From the human T2T-CHM13v2.0 reference genome, Homo sapiens, in the NCBI RefSeq assembly GCF_009914755.1, contig NC_060926.1: DNA of 64,000 nucleotides; one strand, given 5' to 3'. Shown in pieces: positions 45,043 to 59,303 of the stretch. The position numbers and the translations under genes were made by a program. The notes below the pieces were generated by a model. The model had not been told where the DNA came from, searched no databases, and saw only the letters and a list, made by a program, of their open reading frames with translations. How positions within the stretch are numbered: the first letter of the stretch is position 1; each line of letters begins with the position of its first letter.

Positions 45043-48000
45043 GGGGACGGGGGGCGGGGGCGGGCAGTGATAAGACGGCTGATTAGATGTAGCCAGGAAG
45101 TGCCTCTCCCACTGAGAGAAAACAAAATATGCAGTAAATCATCACACTTTGAACAGATCTTTTGAGAAAAAACACTGAAAGTTGATAAGAGAGGTGATGC
45201 AGACACCAAGATTGAAGAGGGAGGAAGCTGGGAAGCCCACATGGAGTCACTGAGCACCACGACCAGCTCCTGGTACTGAAAAGGTTCTCAGGAAGGGGTG
45301 AATGAAGGAACTCTGTGGCACTACACTCCCGCCACAAACTTCTGGGATCCCAGCTAGAAAAGATCCCATGATCCCTATAGACATTTAGATGGGCAGGAGG
45401 AGCTGCCTGTAGAGTAGACAGAGGTAAAGCTAGAACCTGCATGGCGCCCAGAAGGTTACACTCATGTGGGGCAGCTGCAGCAAAACACCGTAGACGCCCA
45501 CCCGCAAAGGCTCTCCATCTTACTCTGAATGACCACAGCCCTCACTGACTGCCAACCTGAGAGAGAGCAGAGCTGCCTTTCCTGCGGGACTCGGGGGGGC
45601 GCATCTGATCTGCATGCTCCCAGTGTCTGCTGGCCCCTCCCAAGGCCTCCTGCCTGGCTGCTCCCACAAGAGGGTGTGCAAAACAGAGCCACCACTGTCC
45701 TACCTGCGTGTTTTGCTAGTGGACTGGGAGCAGTTCAGCACCACCCCCAGCACAGCTGGTGCTTGACCCAGAGGGGTCAGAGGACAAAGCCACAGGCCTT
45801 GTCCCAACTTCCCAGGGTGTGAGCACACCACCCAGGGATATTGAGCTGAGATCTGTGGCCAGAGCTTGAGTGAGAGAGGAGGCCTCACTCTCAGAACACA
45901 GAGAGGAGTGAGGCACAGGTTCATGTGCCAGCATGGGAACTGGGTATCCCACCCTGTGCAAGACCAGTCTGGGAAGGGTGTAGCCTGTTGGCTAGCCACA
46001 GCTTCTACCTGAGGGAGCCCCATATCCCTGAACACCTGGAATCGTGCAGCAATCTGGGTGCAGAAGGTTTAGGACAAAACTAGTTGAGTGGGCCTGCTCC
46101 TGGGGCAGACACTGGAGGGAGATCTGGTTTGGGAAGAGAGAGCTGGGCAGACCCCATAGTCCTCTGCTGGGATAAAAGCCCCAGGCCACAGGTGCCACAC
46201 CAGCTGCACACCCATGGCACTACTGCTCTGCCTGGGGATCCTACGCCCTTGACTCATTGCATCACCAGAACGCCTGCACACATACTCCATCACCTGCTCT
46301 GACTCTGTCAACCTCAGAGAATGAGTGGGTCTCCTTGTGACCTAACCTTTGGCTTGAGCCGCTGCTAAGACAGGTGGGAGTAGAGCCCGCCAGGGTCCCT
46401 ACTGGGGTGAGGAAACACAGGTGCAATGTCAGTCATTGTAGGAGGCTCCCTCAAAACCCAGGAGTGGACTTAGTAAGGGAGTCATCTCTTGTGCTCCTCC
46501 CCCCTTCCCTCACCATCCCTCCCTGCCCGGAGCACTGCTGTGCACACACTGAAGTACAAAAAAGGTACATAACTAAGAGCCTATCTGCTGGCCCTTACTC
46601 TTAAGCACTGTCTACTGGATTGCAGCCTGAATTATACAAAAATAAGTTCCTTCAGCACCCAACACCTGTGAAACTCAATACAGGAAATTAGCTACAACCA
46701 AGGAACCCATACAGAGCACTGGCCCTCTGAAAGCACCAGAAACGAAGCCAATTGACTGTATACAGCATACACCACAGTCAAACCCTGAAGGGAAAAAAAA
46801 ACCCAGAACCCCATTCAAGCAACAGCAAAGTCAAAAAGAAAAACACCAGGCCCCCTGAGATGAGAAGCAATCAGCCAAAGAGCTCCGGCAATTCAAGAAA
46901 TCAGAGTGTTTCCTTACCTATAAAGTATTGTACTAGCTCCGCAGCAATAGATCCTCACCAAATTGAAATGTCTGAAATGACAGACATAGAATTAGGAATC
47001 TGGATGGCAAGGAGGCTCAAGATTCGAGAGAAAGTTGAAATTCAATCCAAGAAAGCCAGTTGTTGATACAAGAGTTGGAAGATGACATAGCCAGTTTAAG
47101 AAATAATCAAACTGAACTTCTGGAATTGAAAAATTCACTACAGGAATTTCAAAATACAGTGGAAGCCTGAACAACAGATTAGACCAAGCTGAGAATTTCA
47201 GAGCTTGAAGACTAGCCGTTTGAATCAACCCAGTTAGACAAAAATAAAGAAAAATGACTTAAAAAAATGAACAAAGCCTTTGAGAAATAGATTCTCTAAA
47301 GAGACCAAACCTATGACTCATTGGCATTCCTGTGAGAGAAGGAGAGAGAGTTAGCAATTTGGCTAACATATTTGAGGATATAGTCCACAAAAATTTCCCC
47401 AATTTCACAAGAAAGGTTAATATGCAAATTCAAAAAATTCAGAGAACCCCTGTGAGATACTATATAAGATAGCTATCCCTAAGATGCATAGTAATCAGAC
47501 TTTTCAAGGTCAGTGTGAAAGAAAAATCTTAAAGGCAGCTTAAGAAAAGAATCAGACCACTTACAAAGGGAACCCCATTATGCTAACAGTGGACTTCTCA
47601 ACAGATATCTTACAAGCCAGAAGAGAATGGGGGCATATTTTCACCATTTTTCAAAGAAAAGAAATTCTAACCAAGAATTTCATATACCACCAAATCAAGA
47701 TTCATAAGCAAAGGAGAAATAAATTTTTTTCCAGGTAGGTAATCATGAAGGAAATTGATTTCCACTAGCCTGCTACCACAAAAATACTGTTAAGGACATA
47801 GCCCACAGACTCTATAAAGCAACTACACAATTGAGACTACAAAGCAACCATATTGGCTGGTTGTTATTAGCAACCAGCTAATAACATCATGACAGGATCA
47901 AAACCTCACATAACAATATTAACCTTGAATGTTAATGGTCTAAATGCCCCACTTAAAAGGCACAGAGTGGCAAGTTGAATAATAAAACAAGACCCAACTG

Positions 48001-51000
48001 TCTGCTGACTTCAAGAGACCTATCTCCCCTGTAATGGCACCCATAGACTCAAAGTAAAGAAATGAACAGCTATCATGCAAATGAAAAATAAAAAAGAGCA
48101 GGGGTCATCGTTCTTATATTAGATAAAACAGACTTTAAACCAAGAATAGTAAAAAAGGACAAAGAAGGACATTACATAATGATAAAAGATTCAATTCCTC
48201 AGAAATAATTAACTATCCTAAATATATATGCACTCAATGTTGGAGCACCAAGATTTATAAAACAAGTACTTCTAAATGTATGAAAAGACTTAGACACAAT
48301 AATAGCGGGGGACTTCAACACCCCACTGACAGTGTTAGATCATCAAGGCAAAAAACTAAGAAATTCTGGACTTAAATTTGACACTTGACCAATTGGACCT
48401 AATAGATGTCTACAGAATATTCCACCCCACAATCACAGAATATACATTCTTCTCATCTCCATACAGAACATACTCTGATCAACTGCATTCTCAGCTGTAA
48501 GACAAGTCTCGATAAATTCAAAAAAATTGAAATAATACCAACCATACTCTTGGACCACAGTGGAATAAAAATTGAAATCAATACCAAGAAGATCTCTCAA
48601 AACCACACAATTGCATGGAAACTAAACAACTTGCTCCTGAATGACTTTTGGGTAAATAACAAAATTAAGGCAGAAATCAAAAAATTATTTAAAATAAATG
48701 GTAACAGAGATGCAACATACCAAAATTTCTGGGATGCAGCAAAACCAGCGTTAAGAGGGAAGTTTATAGTGCTAAACACCTATGTCAAGAAGTTAGAAAA
48801 ATCTCGAATTAACAATCTAACATCACACCTAGAGAACTAGAAAAACAAGAACGAACCCCAGAGCTAGCAGAAGATAAGAAATAACTAAGAGCAGAACAGA
48901 ACAAAATAGAGGCTCCAAAATACAAAGGATCAATGAAACCAAACGTTGGTTATTTGAAAAGATAAACAAGATCAATAGACCACTGACTAAGTTAAAGGAA
49001 AGAGAGAAGACTCAAATAAACACAATCAGAAGTGACAGAGGTAACATTACAACCAATCCCACAGAAATACCAAAGGTCTTCAGAAACTTATGAACACCTT
49101 CATGAACACAAACTAGAAAATCTAGAGGAAATGGATAAATTCCTGGAAATGTACAACCTCCCAAAATTGAATCAGAAATTAATTGAAACCCTAAACAGAT
49201 CAATAACAAGTTCTGAAATTGAATCACTATTTAAAAATTTTAAAAACCTGGCAACCTAAAAAGCTATGGACTAGATGGATTCCCAGCTGAATTCTACCAG
49301 ACAGACAAAGAGCTGGTACCAATCCTACTGAAATTATCCACAAAAGTCAAGGAGGACAGACTCCTCCCTAACTTATTCTATGAAGCCAGCATCATTCTGA
49401 TACCAATGAGACAGTGAAAAAAGAAAACGTCAGGCCAGTATCCCTGATGAATATAGATACAAAAATCCTCAACAAAATACTGGCAAACTGAATCTGGCAG
49501 AACATCAGAAAGTTAATTCATTACAATCAGGTAGGCTTTCTTCCTGAGATGCAAGGTGGGTTCAACATATGCAAATCAATAAATGTGATTCACCACATAA
49601 ACAGAATTAAAAGAAAAAATCATATGATCATCTCAATAGATATAGAAAAAGCTTCTGATAAAATCCGATATTCAGTTAAGACAAAAATCCTCAAAAAACT
49701 AGGCATCAAAGGAACATCCTGAAAATAATGAGTCATCTATGACAAACCCACAGCCAACATGATACTGAATGGGAAAAAGCTGGAAGCATTTCCCTTAAGA
49801 ACTGGAACAAGACAATGATGCCCACGTTCACTACTTCTATATGTCATAGTATTGGAAGTTCTAGCCAGAGCAGTCAGAGGAGAAAACGAAATAAAAGGCA
49901 TCCATATAGGAAAAGCAAAAGACAAATTATCTCTCTTCACTGATGATATGATTTGATACCTAGAAAACCTTAAACCTTAAAGACTCCACCTAAAAGGCTC
50001 CTAGAACTGATAAACGACTTCAGTAAAGCTTCAGGATACAAAATTATCGTACAAAAATCAGTAGTATTTCTATACACCAGTCTTGTTCAAACTGAGAGCC
50101 AAATCAAGAACACTGTCCAATTTACAATACACACACACAACCTAGGAATTCATCTAACCAAGGAGGTGAAAGATCTCTACGAGGATAACTAAAAATGAAA
50201 CACTGCTGAAAGAAATCATAGATGACACAAACAAATGGAAAAACATTCCATGCTCATGGACTGGAAAAATCAGTGTTGTTAAAAAGGCCATTCTGTCCCT
50301 TAGCAATCTATAGATTCAACACTATTCCTATGAAACTACCGATGTCATTTTTCATAGAATTATAAAAAACTATTCTAACATTTATATGGAACAAAAAAAG
50401 AGCCCAAATAGCTGAAGCAATCCTAAGCAAAAAGAACACAGCCAGAGGCATCACGTCACTCAACTTCAAACTATACTGCAAGGTTACAGTAGCCAAAAAG
50501 CATGGTACTGGTATAAAAACAGTCACATACACCAATGGAACAGAATAGATTACCCAGAAATAAAGCCACTATAACCATCTAATCTTCAACAAAGTCAACA
50601 CAAATAAGCAATGGGGAAAGGACTCCCTTTTCAATAAATCGTGCTTGGATAACTGGCTATCCTTTTGCAGAAGAATGAAGCTAGACTCCTACCTATTACC
50701 ATATACAAAAATTAACTCAGGATGGATTAAAAACTTAGGACCTAAAACTATAAAAATCCAACTGGAAGCCTAGGAAATGCTATTATGGACATTGGCCTTG
50801 GCAAAGAATTTATGACAAAGTCCTCAAAAGTAGTTGCAATGAAAACACAAATAGACAAGTGGGACATAATTAAACACAAATTGATAAGTGGGACACATTA
50901 AGCTTTTGCATAGCAAAATAAAATATCAATAAATGGATAACTTACAGAATGGGAGAATATATTCACCAACTATGCATCCACAAAGGTCATATATCCAGAA

Positions 51001-51901
51001 TGTGTAAGGAACTTAAATAATCTAACAAGCAAAAAACATATAACCCCCTTAAAAAGTGGGCAAAGGACATGAAGAGATAGATACATCTCAGAAGAAGACA
51101 CACAAGCAGCCAACAAACATGAAAAAAAAAAAGCTCAACACCACTAATCATCAGACAAATGCAAATCAAAACAACAATGAAATATCTCACATTAGTCAGA
51201 ATGGCTATTATTAAAAAGTCAAAAAATAACATGTTGGTGAGGCTGCAGAGAAAAGGGAATGCTCATACACTATTGATGGGAATGTAAATTAGTTAAGCAG
51301 TGGAAAGCAGTTTTGAGATTTCTCAAAGAACTAAAAGAAGAACGACCATTCAACCCAGCAATCCCATTACTGGGTATATGCCCAAAGGAAAAGAAATCAT
51401 TCTACCAAAAAGACACATGTGCATGTATGTTAATTGCAGCACCATTCACAATAGCAAAGACATAGGTGCCCATCAGTGGTGGATTGGATAAAGAAAATGT
51501 GGTGCATATATATCATGGAATACTATGCAGCCATAAAAAGGGATAAAATCATGTTCTTTGCAGCAGCATGGATGCAGCTGGACGCTATTATCCTAAGTGA
51601 ATTAGTGCAGAAACAGAAAACTAAATGCCATATGTTATCACTTAAAAGTGGCAGCTAGACATTGGGTACACACAGACATAAAGATTGGAACAGTAGACAC
51701 TGGGGACTACTGGAGTTGGGAGAGGAGAAGAAGGGTTGAAAAACCACCTATTGGGTACTGTGCTCACTACTTGGGTGATGGGACCAATTGTATCCCAAAC
51801 TGAAGCATCACACACTATACTTATGTAACAAGCCTGCACATTCACTCTGTCAATCTAACATGAAAGTTGACATTTTCTAAAAAAAGAATTCAGTTGAGAA
51901 A
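45043..51901 (+). mobile_element. Full-length, decayed L1PA15/16-like LINE-1
   Basis: GC-rich 5'UTR ~45043-46850, ORF1 relic ~46860-47760. ORF2 relic starts atgacaggatcaaaacctcacataacaatattaaccttgaatgtt (MTGSKPHITILTLNV) at ~47889, with GDFN and SLFTDDM motifs and many stops/frameshifts. Old L1PA 3'UTR. TSD AAGAGCTGTT(C/T)T at 45031-45042 and 51902-51913. Confidence 0.88.
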
Positions 51902-52157
51902 AAGAGCTGTTTTGATGGAGCTATGGGGATAAAAACCAAATTGGAATGGGACCTGGGGTGCTGGCAATAGCCTATTTCTTGACTCTAGTGGGTAATTATA
52001 CTAGTGTTGGGTTATGTGTGATATATTTCATAGTAAGAAGAGAGGGGAAACAAAAACAGTCATTTGAGATAGTGAGCATAGACACTCTTATGAGAAGTAT
52101 GCTTTAAAGTGATGCAGAAAAATGGGATGGTACCTGGAGAGGAAAATAAAGGATACA

Positions 52158-52707
<550 letters not shown>

Positions 52708-53060
52708 TGGTCATCAGTACATGTGTGTTTTAAGTAGGGAGACTGCCAGTACACATGCATAATCCCATGATATGTGTGCTAAGTGGCCACATATAATGTG
52801 ATCTTTCATCATGAAGTGTACACAGTATAAAAAGTTTTAGGGGAAAATGCCTGGTTGTGGCATGATGCTATGTTTAGCATTGTTTCGCATTGTTTCATGC
52901 TATATAGGATGATTTGATCCTGTCAGCATTTAATCTGCATCTTTTTGGCTGATGGTACAAATGTCTAAGAATGACATAGATTAGGCAGGCTTAATCAAAG
53001 TTCAAATATATAAATGTTCAGGAAGATTGGAAATAGAATATAGGATAGCATCAATAGAAG

Positions 53061-53099
53061 ATATGTATGTGTGTATATATATGTGTGTGTATATATATG
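53061..53099 (+). repeat. (TA/TG)n microsatellite
   Basis: atatgtatgtgtgtatatatatgtgtgtgtatatatatg. Confidence 0.8.
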
Positions 53100-53139
53100 C
53101 ATCTCCAATGTAAGAAGGACTACTCAAAGCTGGGGAGAT

Positions 53140-53830
53140 GTAGTGATCAGTCAGGCAGAGCTTCTGCCCTTGAGAGTTCGCAGTCTGTTTGAAACTCCAT
53201 ATTGTGACTAAGTGTACACATCAGACAGAATGGAATGAAGGTATAAAGAAAGGGCTCTGGAAATGTAAAGGGGAAAATGATTAATTTTGACCAAGGAGAT
53301 CCAGGGAGGCCTTGTACCTCATTTAAGCTGAACCTACAAGGGGCAGAATTTTCAAAAGGATGGGGATTGGGGCCAAAGTGATCCTTCAGAACGTTAGTGA
53401 GAACATTAGCAAAGGAATAGCTGTGCAAAAGTGGGTCCAGGTCTGGAGTTGCTGGGGTGAGAGACGGGGCTAGATGGTTACCTTGAGAACAGAATGCTGA
53501 GCATCTTGGTAGCCATGCAGAGCCATTGGGTGGGACTCTGGGGAACTGGAAGCCATCAGCTGCTTTGAGAACAGTGACAAGAAATTTACTTGTGTTTTAG
53601 AAAGATCCTTCTAGAGACAGTAAGGATGAGTTGGGGAAAATAGGAGGGAGGAGGCAAGGTGAAATGTGAGGAGCCTGTAACAAGCTTGTAACAAGCAAAT
53701 CAGCACAGGGCAGAGGATGGGACAATGAAGTAAGAGTTGGCCATGTGGAGTTGGTGACTGGTTGTGTGACAGGTTCTGAGGGCCAGGAAGAAATCAAAGC
53801 TGATCCTTGTCCACGTTTGGGTAGATATGC
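53140..53830 (-). mobile_element. L2 fragment
   Basis: ttctgcccttgagagttcgcagtct, gggaagccatcagctgctttgagaacag and tgtgttttagaaagatc are L2-like. Confidence 0.6.
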
Positions 53831-54249
53831 GTCCATGGACAATGTGTGGAAGCCACCCTCTAAATCTGGGGGTCCCAGTCAGAACCCTGGGCCTGTGCTC
53901 TTCCCTGTTCAGGTTGCTACTCTAGCATCATCTTTGCTCACTCCTTTGTGTATTTAGGGCCATTTGTGTATTTGGTTATCTCTCTCCCAGGATGTAAGAG
54001 CCTTTGAAGTCTAGGACTATAAATTTCTGAATTTTTGTATCTGTCGTAGCACCTAGCACCACATTTAATGCATACTTAATCTACTCAAAATGCTTTTAAA
54101 TTTAAAATTAAAACATGATTTTGACGTTACCAATGATCATTTGATCATTGCATCATTAAATGACTTGAAGGATAAATTGGTTTGGTAGGAATTAGGAGAT
54201 GGTAAAAAATTGGAGCGACTAAGCAGCAGGAGATCTTAGAACCAGACTT

Positions 54250-55715
54250 TGGTTATTTATTGCTGTGTAACAAACAACCCTAACACTTAGCAGCTTAAAT
54301 AACAATTTGTGGTTTATCATGAGTTGGTAGGTTAGAAATGCAGGCAGGGCTTGGCTAGACGGTTTTTCTCCTCCGCATAGTGAGTGTCAATTGGAGGCAT
54401 CAACTTGGCTGCTACATTCAGCAGGCAATTGGGCTGGGTTGGAAGGTCTTAGAAGTCTTCATTTGAAGGGCTGGCCTGCCCCTCCACACCTGTGGGTGTT
54501 TCTTGTCAGGTGGGATGACAGACTGAGAAAAGAAAGAGACACAGAGGCAAAGTATAGAGAAAGAAAAGTGGGCCCAGGGGACCGGCACCGGCACCAGTCT
54601 CTGAATTCCCTCAGTATTTATTGATCGTTATCTCTACCATCTCGGAGAGGGGGATGTGGCAGGACAATAGGGTAATAGTGGGGAGAGGGTCAGCAGGAAA
54701 ACATGTGAACATATGTCTCTGTGTCATAAACAAGGTTAAGAAAAGGTGCTGTGCTTTGATGTGCACATACATAAACATCTCAGTGCATTAAAGAGCAGTA
54801 TTTCTGCCAGCATGTCTCACCTCCAGCCTTAAGGTGATTTTCTCCTATCTCAGTAAATAGAACATACAATCGGGTTTTACACCGAGACATTCCATTGCTC
54901 AGGGACAAGTAGGAGACAGATGCCTTCCTCTTATCTCAACTGCAAAGAGGCCTTCCTCTTATCTCAACTGCAAAGAGGCCTTCCTCTTTTACTAATCCTC
55001 CTCAGCACAGACCCTTTACCGGTATCTCGGGCTGGGGGACAGTCAGGTCTTTCCCTTCCCGTGAGGCCATATCTCAGGCTATCACATGTGGGGGAAACCT
55101 TGGACAATACCTGGCTTTCCTAGGCAGAGATCCCTGTGGCCTTCCTGTTGTGTCCCTGGGTACTTGAGATTAGAGAGTGGTGATGACTTTTAACAAGCAT
55201 ACTGCCTTCAAGCACTTGTTTAACAAAGCACATCCTGCATAGCCCTAAATCCATTAAACCTTGAGTCAACACAGCACATGTCTCTGCGAGCACAGGGCTG
55301 GGGCTAGGGTTAGAGAATTTTTCTTAGTACAGAACAAAATGGAGTCTCTTATGTCTACTTCTGTCTACATAGACACAGTAACAGTCTGATCTCTCTTTCT
55401 TTTCCCCACATTCGTTTAAATGCCCCAGTGCTCTGTTACATGGCCTCCTTTCTTTACCTGGCTTTTTCACAGTATGGTGGTCTCAGGGTAGTTGGATTTC
55501 CTACGTGGCAGTCATCATCCAAGAGGGTCCTCTCCCAGTACAGGAAAGCAGAGCTGCAGATCTTGTAAGGCTCAGTCTTGGAAGTTACACCCATCACTTT
55601 TGCCACATTCTACTGGTCAGGACAAATCACAGGGCCAGCCCGGTTTTAAGGAGAGGACTACACTTCTTCAAAGGAGGAGGGACAAAGAATTTACAGTCAT
55701 CCTTAATCCACCATG
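54250..55715 (-). mobile_element. MLT1F/G/H-like MaLR LTR split by the LTR5 insertion
   Basis: ttatttattgctgtgtaacaaacaaccc on the left and catcacttttgccacattctactggtca on the right of the LTR5. Confidence 0.65.
54464..55410 (-). mobile_element. HERV-K(HML-2) solo LTR, LTR5A-like
   Basis: The - strand starts TGTGGGGAAAAGAAAGAGAGATCAGACTGTTACTGTGTCTATGTAG and ends ...CCCTTCA. 6-bp TSD TTCATT (54458-54463) / TTCGTT (55411-55416). AATAAA on - strand at ~54617-54622. Confidence 0.92.
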
Positions 55716-56949
55716 CAGACATTCAATCTGCCACGTGCTGGTTGTGTGATTTCGGATGAGTTATGTGAACTCTTCTAGCTGACATAATATCAGTGTTATT
55801 GGGTGCTATGAGGGAAAGAGATGGTATGGCAAAATACCCTGATATATAGTAGTTGCTCAATAAATAATAGCTACTATTATTACTACTGTCTTATGCTCTT
55901 AAAGGATAAATACAATGAAAATTGGAAAGAGGATATTTGTTGGATTTGACATTTGAGAGACTTTGGGTGATGGCTTAGTTTTGGAGGATGGCAGTAGCAA
56001 GGTAAGGAGCAAAAGCTAGTGGCAAAAGTTAAGTTGTAAGTGGATTTGAGGGTAGTGAGTGCAGCTTGTCAGTGAAAAGGGAAATCCTGCTGTCATGTGG
56101 GAAAATCAGGTTAAGCCAAAGGGGCAAGTGGAGAGGTAGAAAATGAAGATATGTGAGAGGAGATAATTGTTGAGGGCAGAGTTTTAAAAAGCCTTTTAAA
56201 GATTTTACAGAATTCATATTTAGAATGCTGTGATTATAAGCCAGAAAGCTGTTGGGGCTGGCTTTCATAATGGCACCCCATCTCTTTACTGAAACTGTTC
56301 TTACCTCCTGACAGAGGGTTGTCTTGCCCTCACCTCCCAAAGTCTTCCTCTAGTTGGAGACAGACTTTTAAAGAATATGTAGCTCCTCTAGATTTTTAAG
56401 TCTTGGCCTTAATTTCAGAGCACCATGAATTCTTAGCTTATAAATTACATAGCTGGAGGTTCCAAACTCTGAAAAGGTTTATGCATTTCAGAAAGGTTCT
56501 AAAAGAAAGCACTCTTTTATATAACTTGGAAAGTAATTGTGATAAAAACCTACATTATATGTGAATTTGAGAGTAATTATAGCATGGCTGGGGCCAGAAT
56601 CAACTAATCAGAGTTATTAGGAACACTGCCAGGTACCCAATTCCCATGCCAAGATTTGAGTGATACAGAGACAGGGCACAGGCAAGGTCAGTCTAGGTCA
56701 GGGCATGTGGCAGGCATGGGCCAAGACACAAAGTTGTTGTCAGGTCAGAGGGATATCAAAACCAGGAGCATCAAGATAGGCAGAGATAATGGAAGTAAAG
56801 GACTGTTAGTCCCTGGTTGCATTACAGTCCAGGTAATACCAGATTTTATTGCTTGAAGAAAATTTGTGGTCCTACTGAGAGTCTCCTTTTACCTTCCAGT
56901 CCTGTACTTTTTTCTCCTTTTCTCTAGTTATGTGTACATCCCTCTATTT

Positions 56950-57700
56950 CTTGGCTCATTCTAAAAAGTATTTAAAACCATTTACAAAAGCACAGAGTAT
57001 GCAACAAGATGAAAACACATGACAGAGGAATTTTGTATGAATACAACATAAAATAAAGTAGAAAAAAATAGGAAAAAGAAGATTAAGCCAAGGGGAGGCT
57101 GGTAAACAAAATGCATACCATACTTTTCTGTTCACTTGTGGATGGCACACTTACTTCTGAGCTCCCTAGCTGTCAAGGCAAAAAGGAAAATATAGTCAGT
57201 TACACTATTTACAGTATTCAGAGAATTAAACACAAGCAGAATACTCAGGATGGGTAATCATAATTATGATTTTTATGGTAAATCCAATAATAATTTTTCA
57301 GTGTAGATTGACATAATGATTATAAAGAAAAATTCAGTCAAAATTAATAAAACAATGCAGCCTCATGTATATAGCTCCCTGGTGGCTTGGCCTAATACAA
57401 GATTAATTTTTGGATTTTTTAGAGTAATGGATTGAGTGCCTACCTTGCCCATAAAACTAAACAGTTCTAAACTCAACAAAACATTAATTTTTAAACTAGC
57501 TGTATGTCATTTCTTGGTGTGCTAAGTTAAACAAATGCATTTCTAGGTAACTGATCAAGGTAGTTTGTTGCTGGTTATGGGCTAATTACATTTTTGTAGG
57601 ATATCTACTAGAAATTATAACTCTGGTTTTAGAATATTCTTAAGGTCATTCTTTCAATGGCTGATCTATTTCTTAACAGTTTTTGTCAAAGAGTCCTGTG
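56950..57700 (-). mobile_element. Possible ancient LINE (L4/RTE-like) fragment
   Basis: ctgagctccctagctgtcaaggcaaaaagg resembles recalled L4 sequence. Weak. Confidence 0.3.
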
Positions 57701-58204
57701 CTTTGCATATAGAAATGTGCTTATTATGCTTTTTTCTGTCAAGCAGAGAAGTACAAGGACTCTGACACAAATCAGAGAAGGAAGTTCCAGGTTCTTATGT
57801 AAGTGTCACAATACCTAGGGGTCTATAGTGAGTTCATACCTCTTAGTTCACGACAGATTCTCATCTGTGGGGTCAAAAGTTTATTGAAAGTCAATAAAAG
57901 CTGTAAACAGCCCCATGTCATTTCTAATAGGTTTCTTCTGATGGCAATAGAGTGAAACAGTGGATAATGGAGGAATGACAACACTTGGCATCCTCTGCCC
58001 CTCTTAGGGAATATCAGCTGAAAATGACCAAACTTGCAGTTTTCCAGAAGGGAAACTGGTATATAGATTTTATTGTTTTGAAAACCTTAAAAAAGTTTAC
58101 AGGTAATTAGAATACATAAATAAGCCAAATGAAGGAAACAAACCCCACTATCTGATTAACATCTTGATACACATTTTCTCAGACATTTTTCTAGGGATAT
58201 ATTT

Positions 58205-58618
58205 CTGTATTAGAGCCAGGAAAGCTAGCTAGACATCTTCCTGTTCTCAGTGGCTCAACAGATGAAAGTTTATTTTTTTGTTCACAGAAAACTCAAACAG
58301 CAGCTGGGGGTAGGGTTCTGCACCTCACAGTCTTTGGGGAACCCAGCCTGACAGAGGCTCTGCCATATTTAACAAGCAGACCCATCATCTTGTAGGGCCC
58401 CTTAGTCCTCTGCTGGATGCTCAGCATTGGGTTGGCAGACACAGGTAGAAAGAATATGGAGGACTGCACAAGAGTGGCTTCCATTCCTTATGCCCACATT
58501 CCATCGGCCAATACTTAGTCACATGGTCATACCTAATTATAAGGCTGGGAATATAATCTAGTTTTGTGTGCAGAAGGAAAGAGAATTGGTTTGGCAGACT
58601 AGTTGGTTTCTGCTACTC
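58205..58618 (-). mobile_element. Old MLT1 (J/K-like) LTR within an L1ME fragment
   Basis: tctcagtggctcaac...cccacattccatcggccaatacttagtcacatggtcatacctaa. Confidence 0.6.
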
Positions 58619-58981
58619 ACACATAATGTATTATTCTTCCATAAAAATAGAATTATGCTGTATATACAGTTTTGTATCTGTTTTTACCATAGAGACAAGA
58701 TAAATATCATTATTCACCCAAGATGTGGGGGTAAGTTCCCTTAGCTGGTCTTGAGCTCTGTAGTGTTATTCATTCCAAAGGCTCATGTCAACTGGTCAAG
58801 ACAATTTCCACTTTTCCTGTCATGAACAGTTAGTTTATCTTGTAGAAACTTTCTTCCTCTTGATATCTGATAGGAACAAAATTGCAAATATAGTAATCTG
58901 TGGTAATATTTATTTTCGAGGACATAGATGATGGAATTTGAAGAATTGGCCTGGAGACCCAGAGTAAGATATTAGTGTTCA

Positions 58982-59303
<322 letters not shown>

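Noticed and set aside
44724-45442. 178-aa and 119-aa minus-strand ORFs at the L1 5'UTR as a possible ORF0
   Set aside because: They span the L1/L2 junction, have low-complexity S/L-rich composition and show no resemblance I can support to ORF0 of young L1PA.
48406-48840. 144-aa ORF with L1 ORF2 similarity as an active retrotransposon
   Set aside because: Only a fragment of a heavily stop- and frameshift-disrupted ORF2.
54131-54150. Inverted repeat CAATGATCA-TT-TGATCATTG
   Set aside because: AT-rich 9-bp arms with no supporting context. Plausibly chance in 64 kb.
54963-54963. Single upper-case C in otherwise lower-case input
   Set aside because: Formatting or masking artefact. The base equals the corresponding base in the other copy of the 28-bp duplication.
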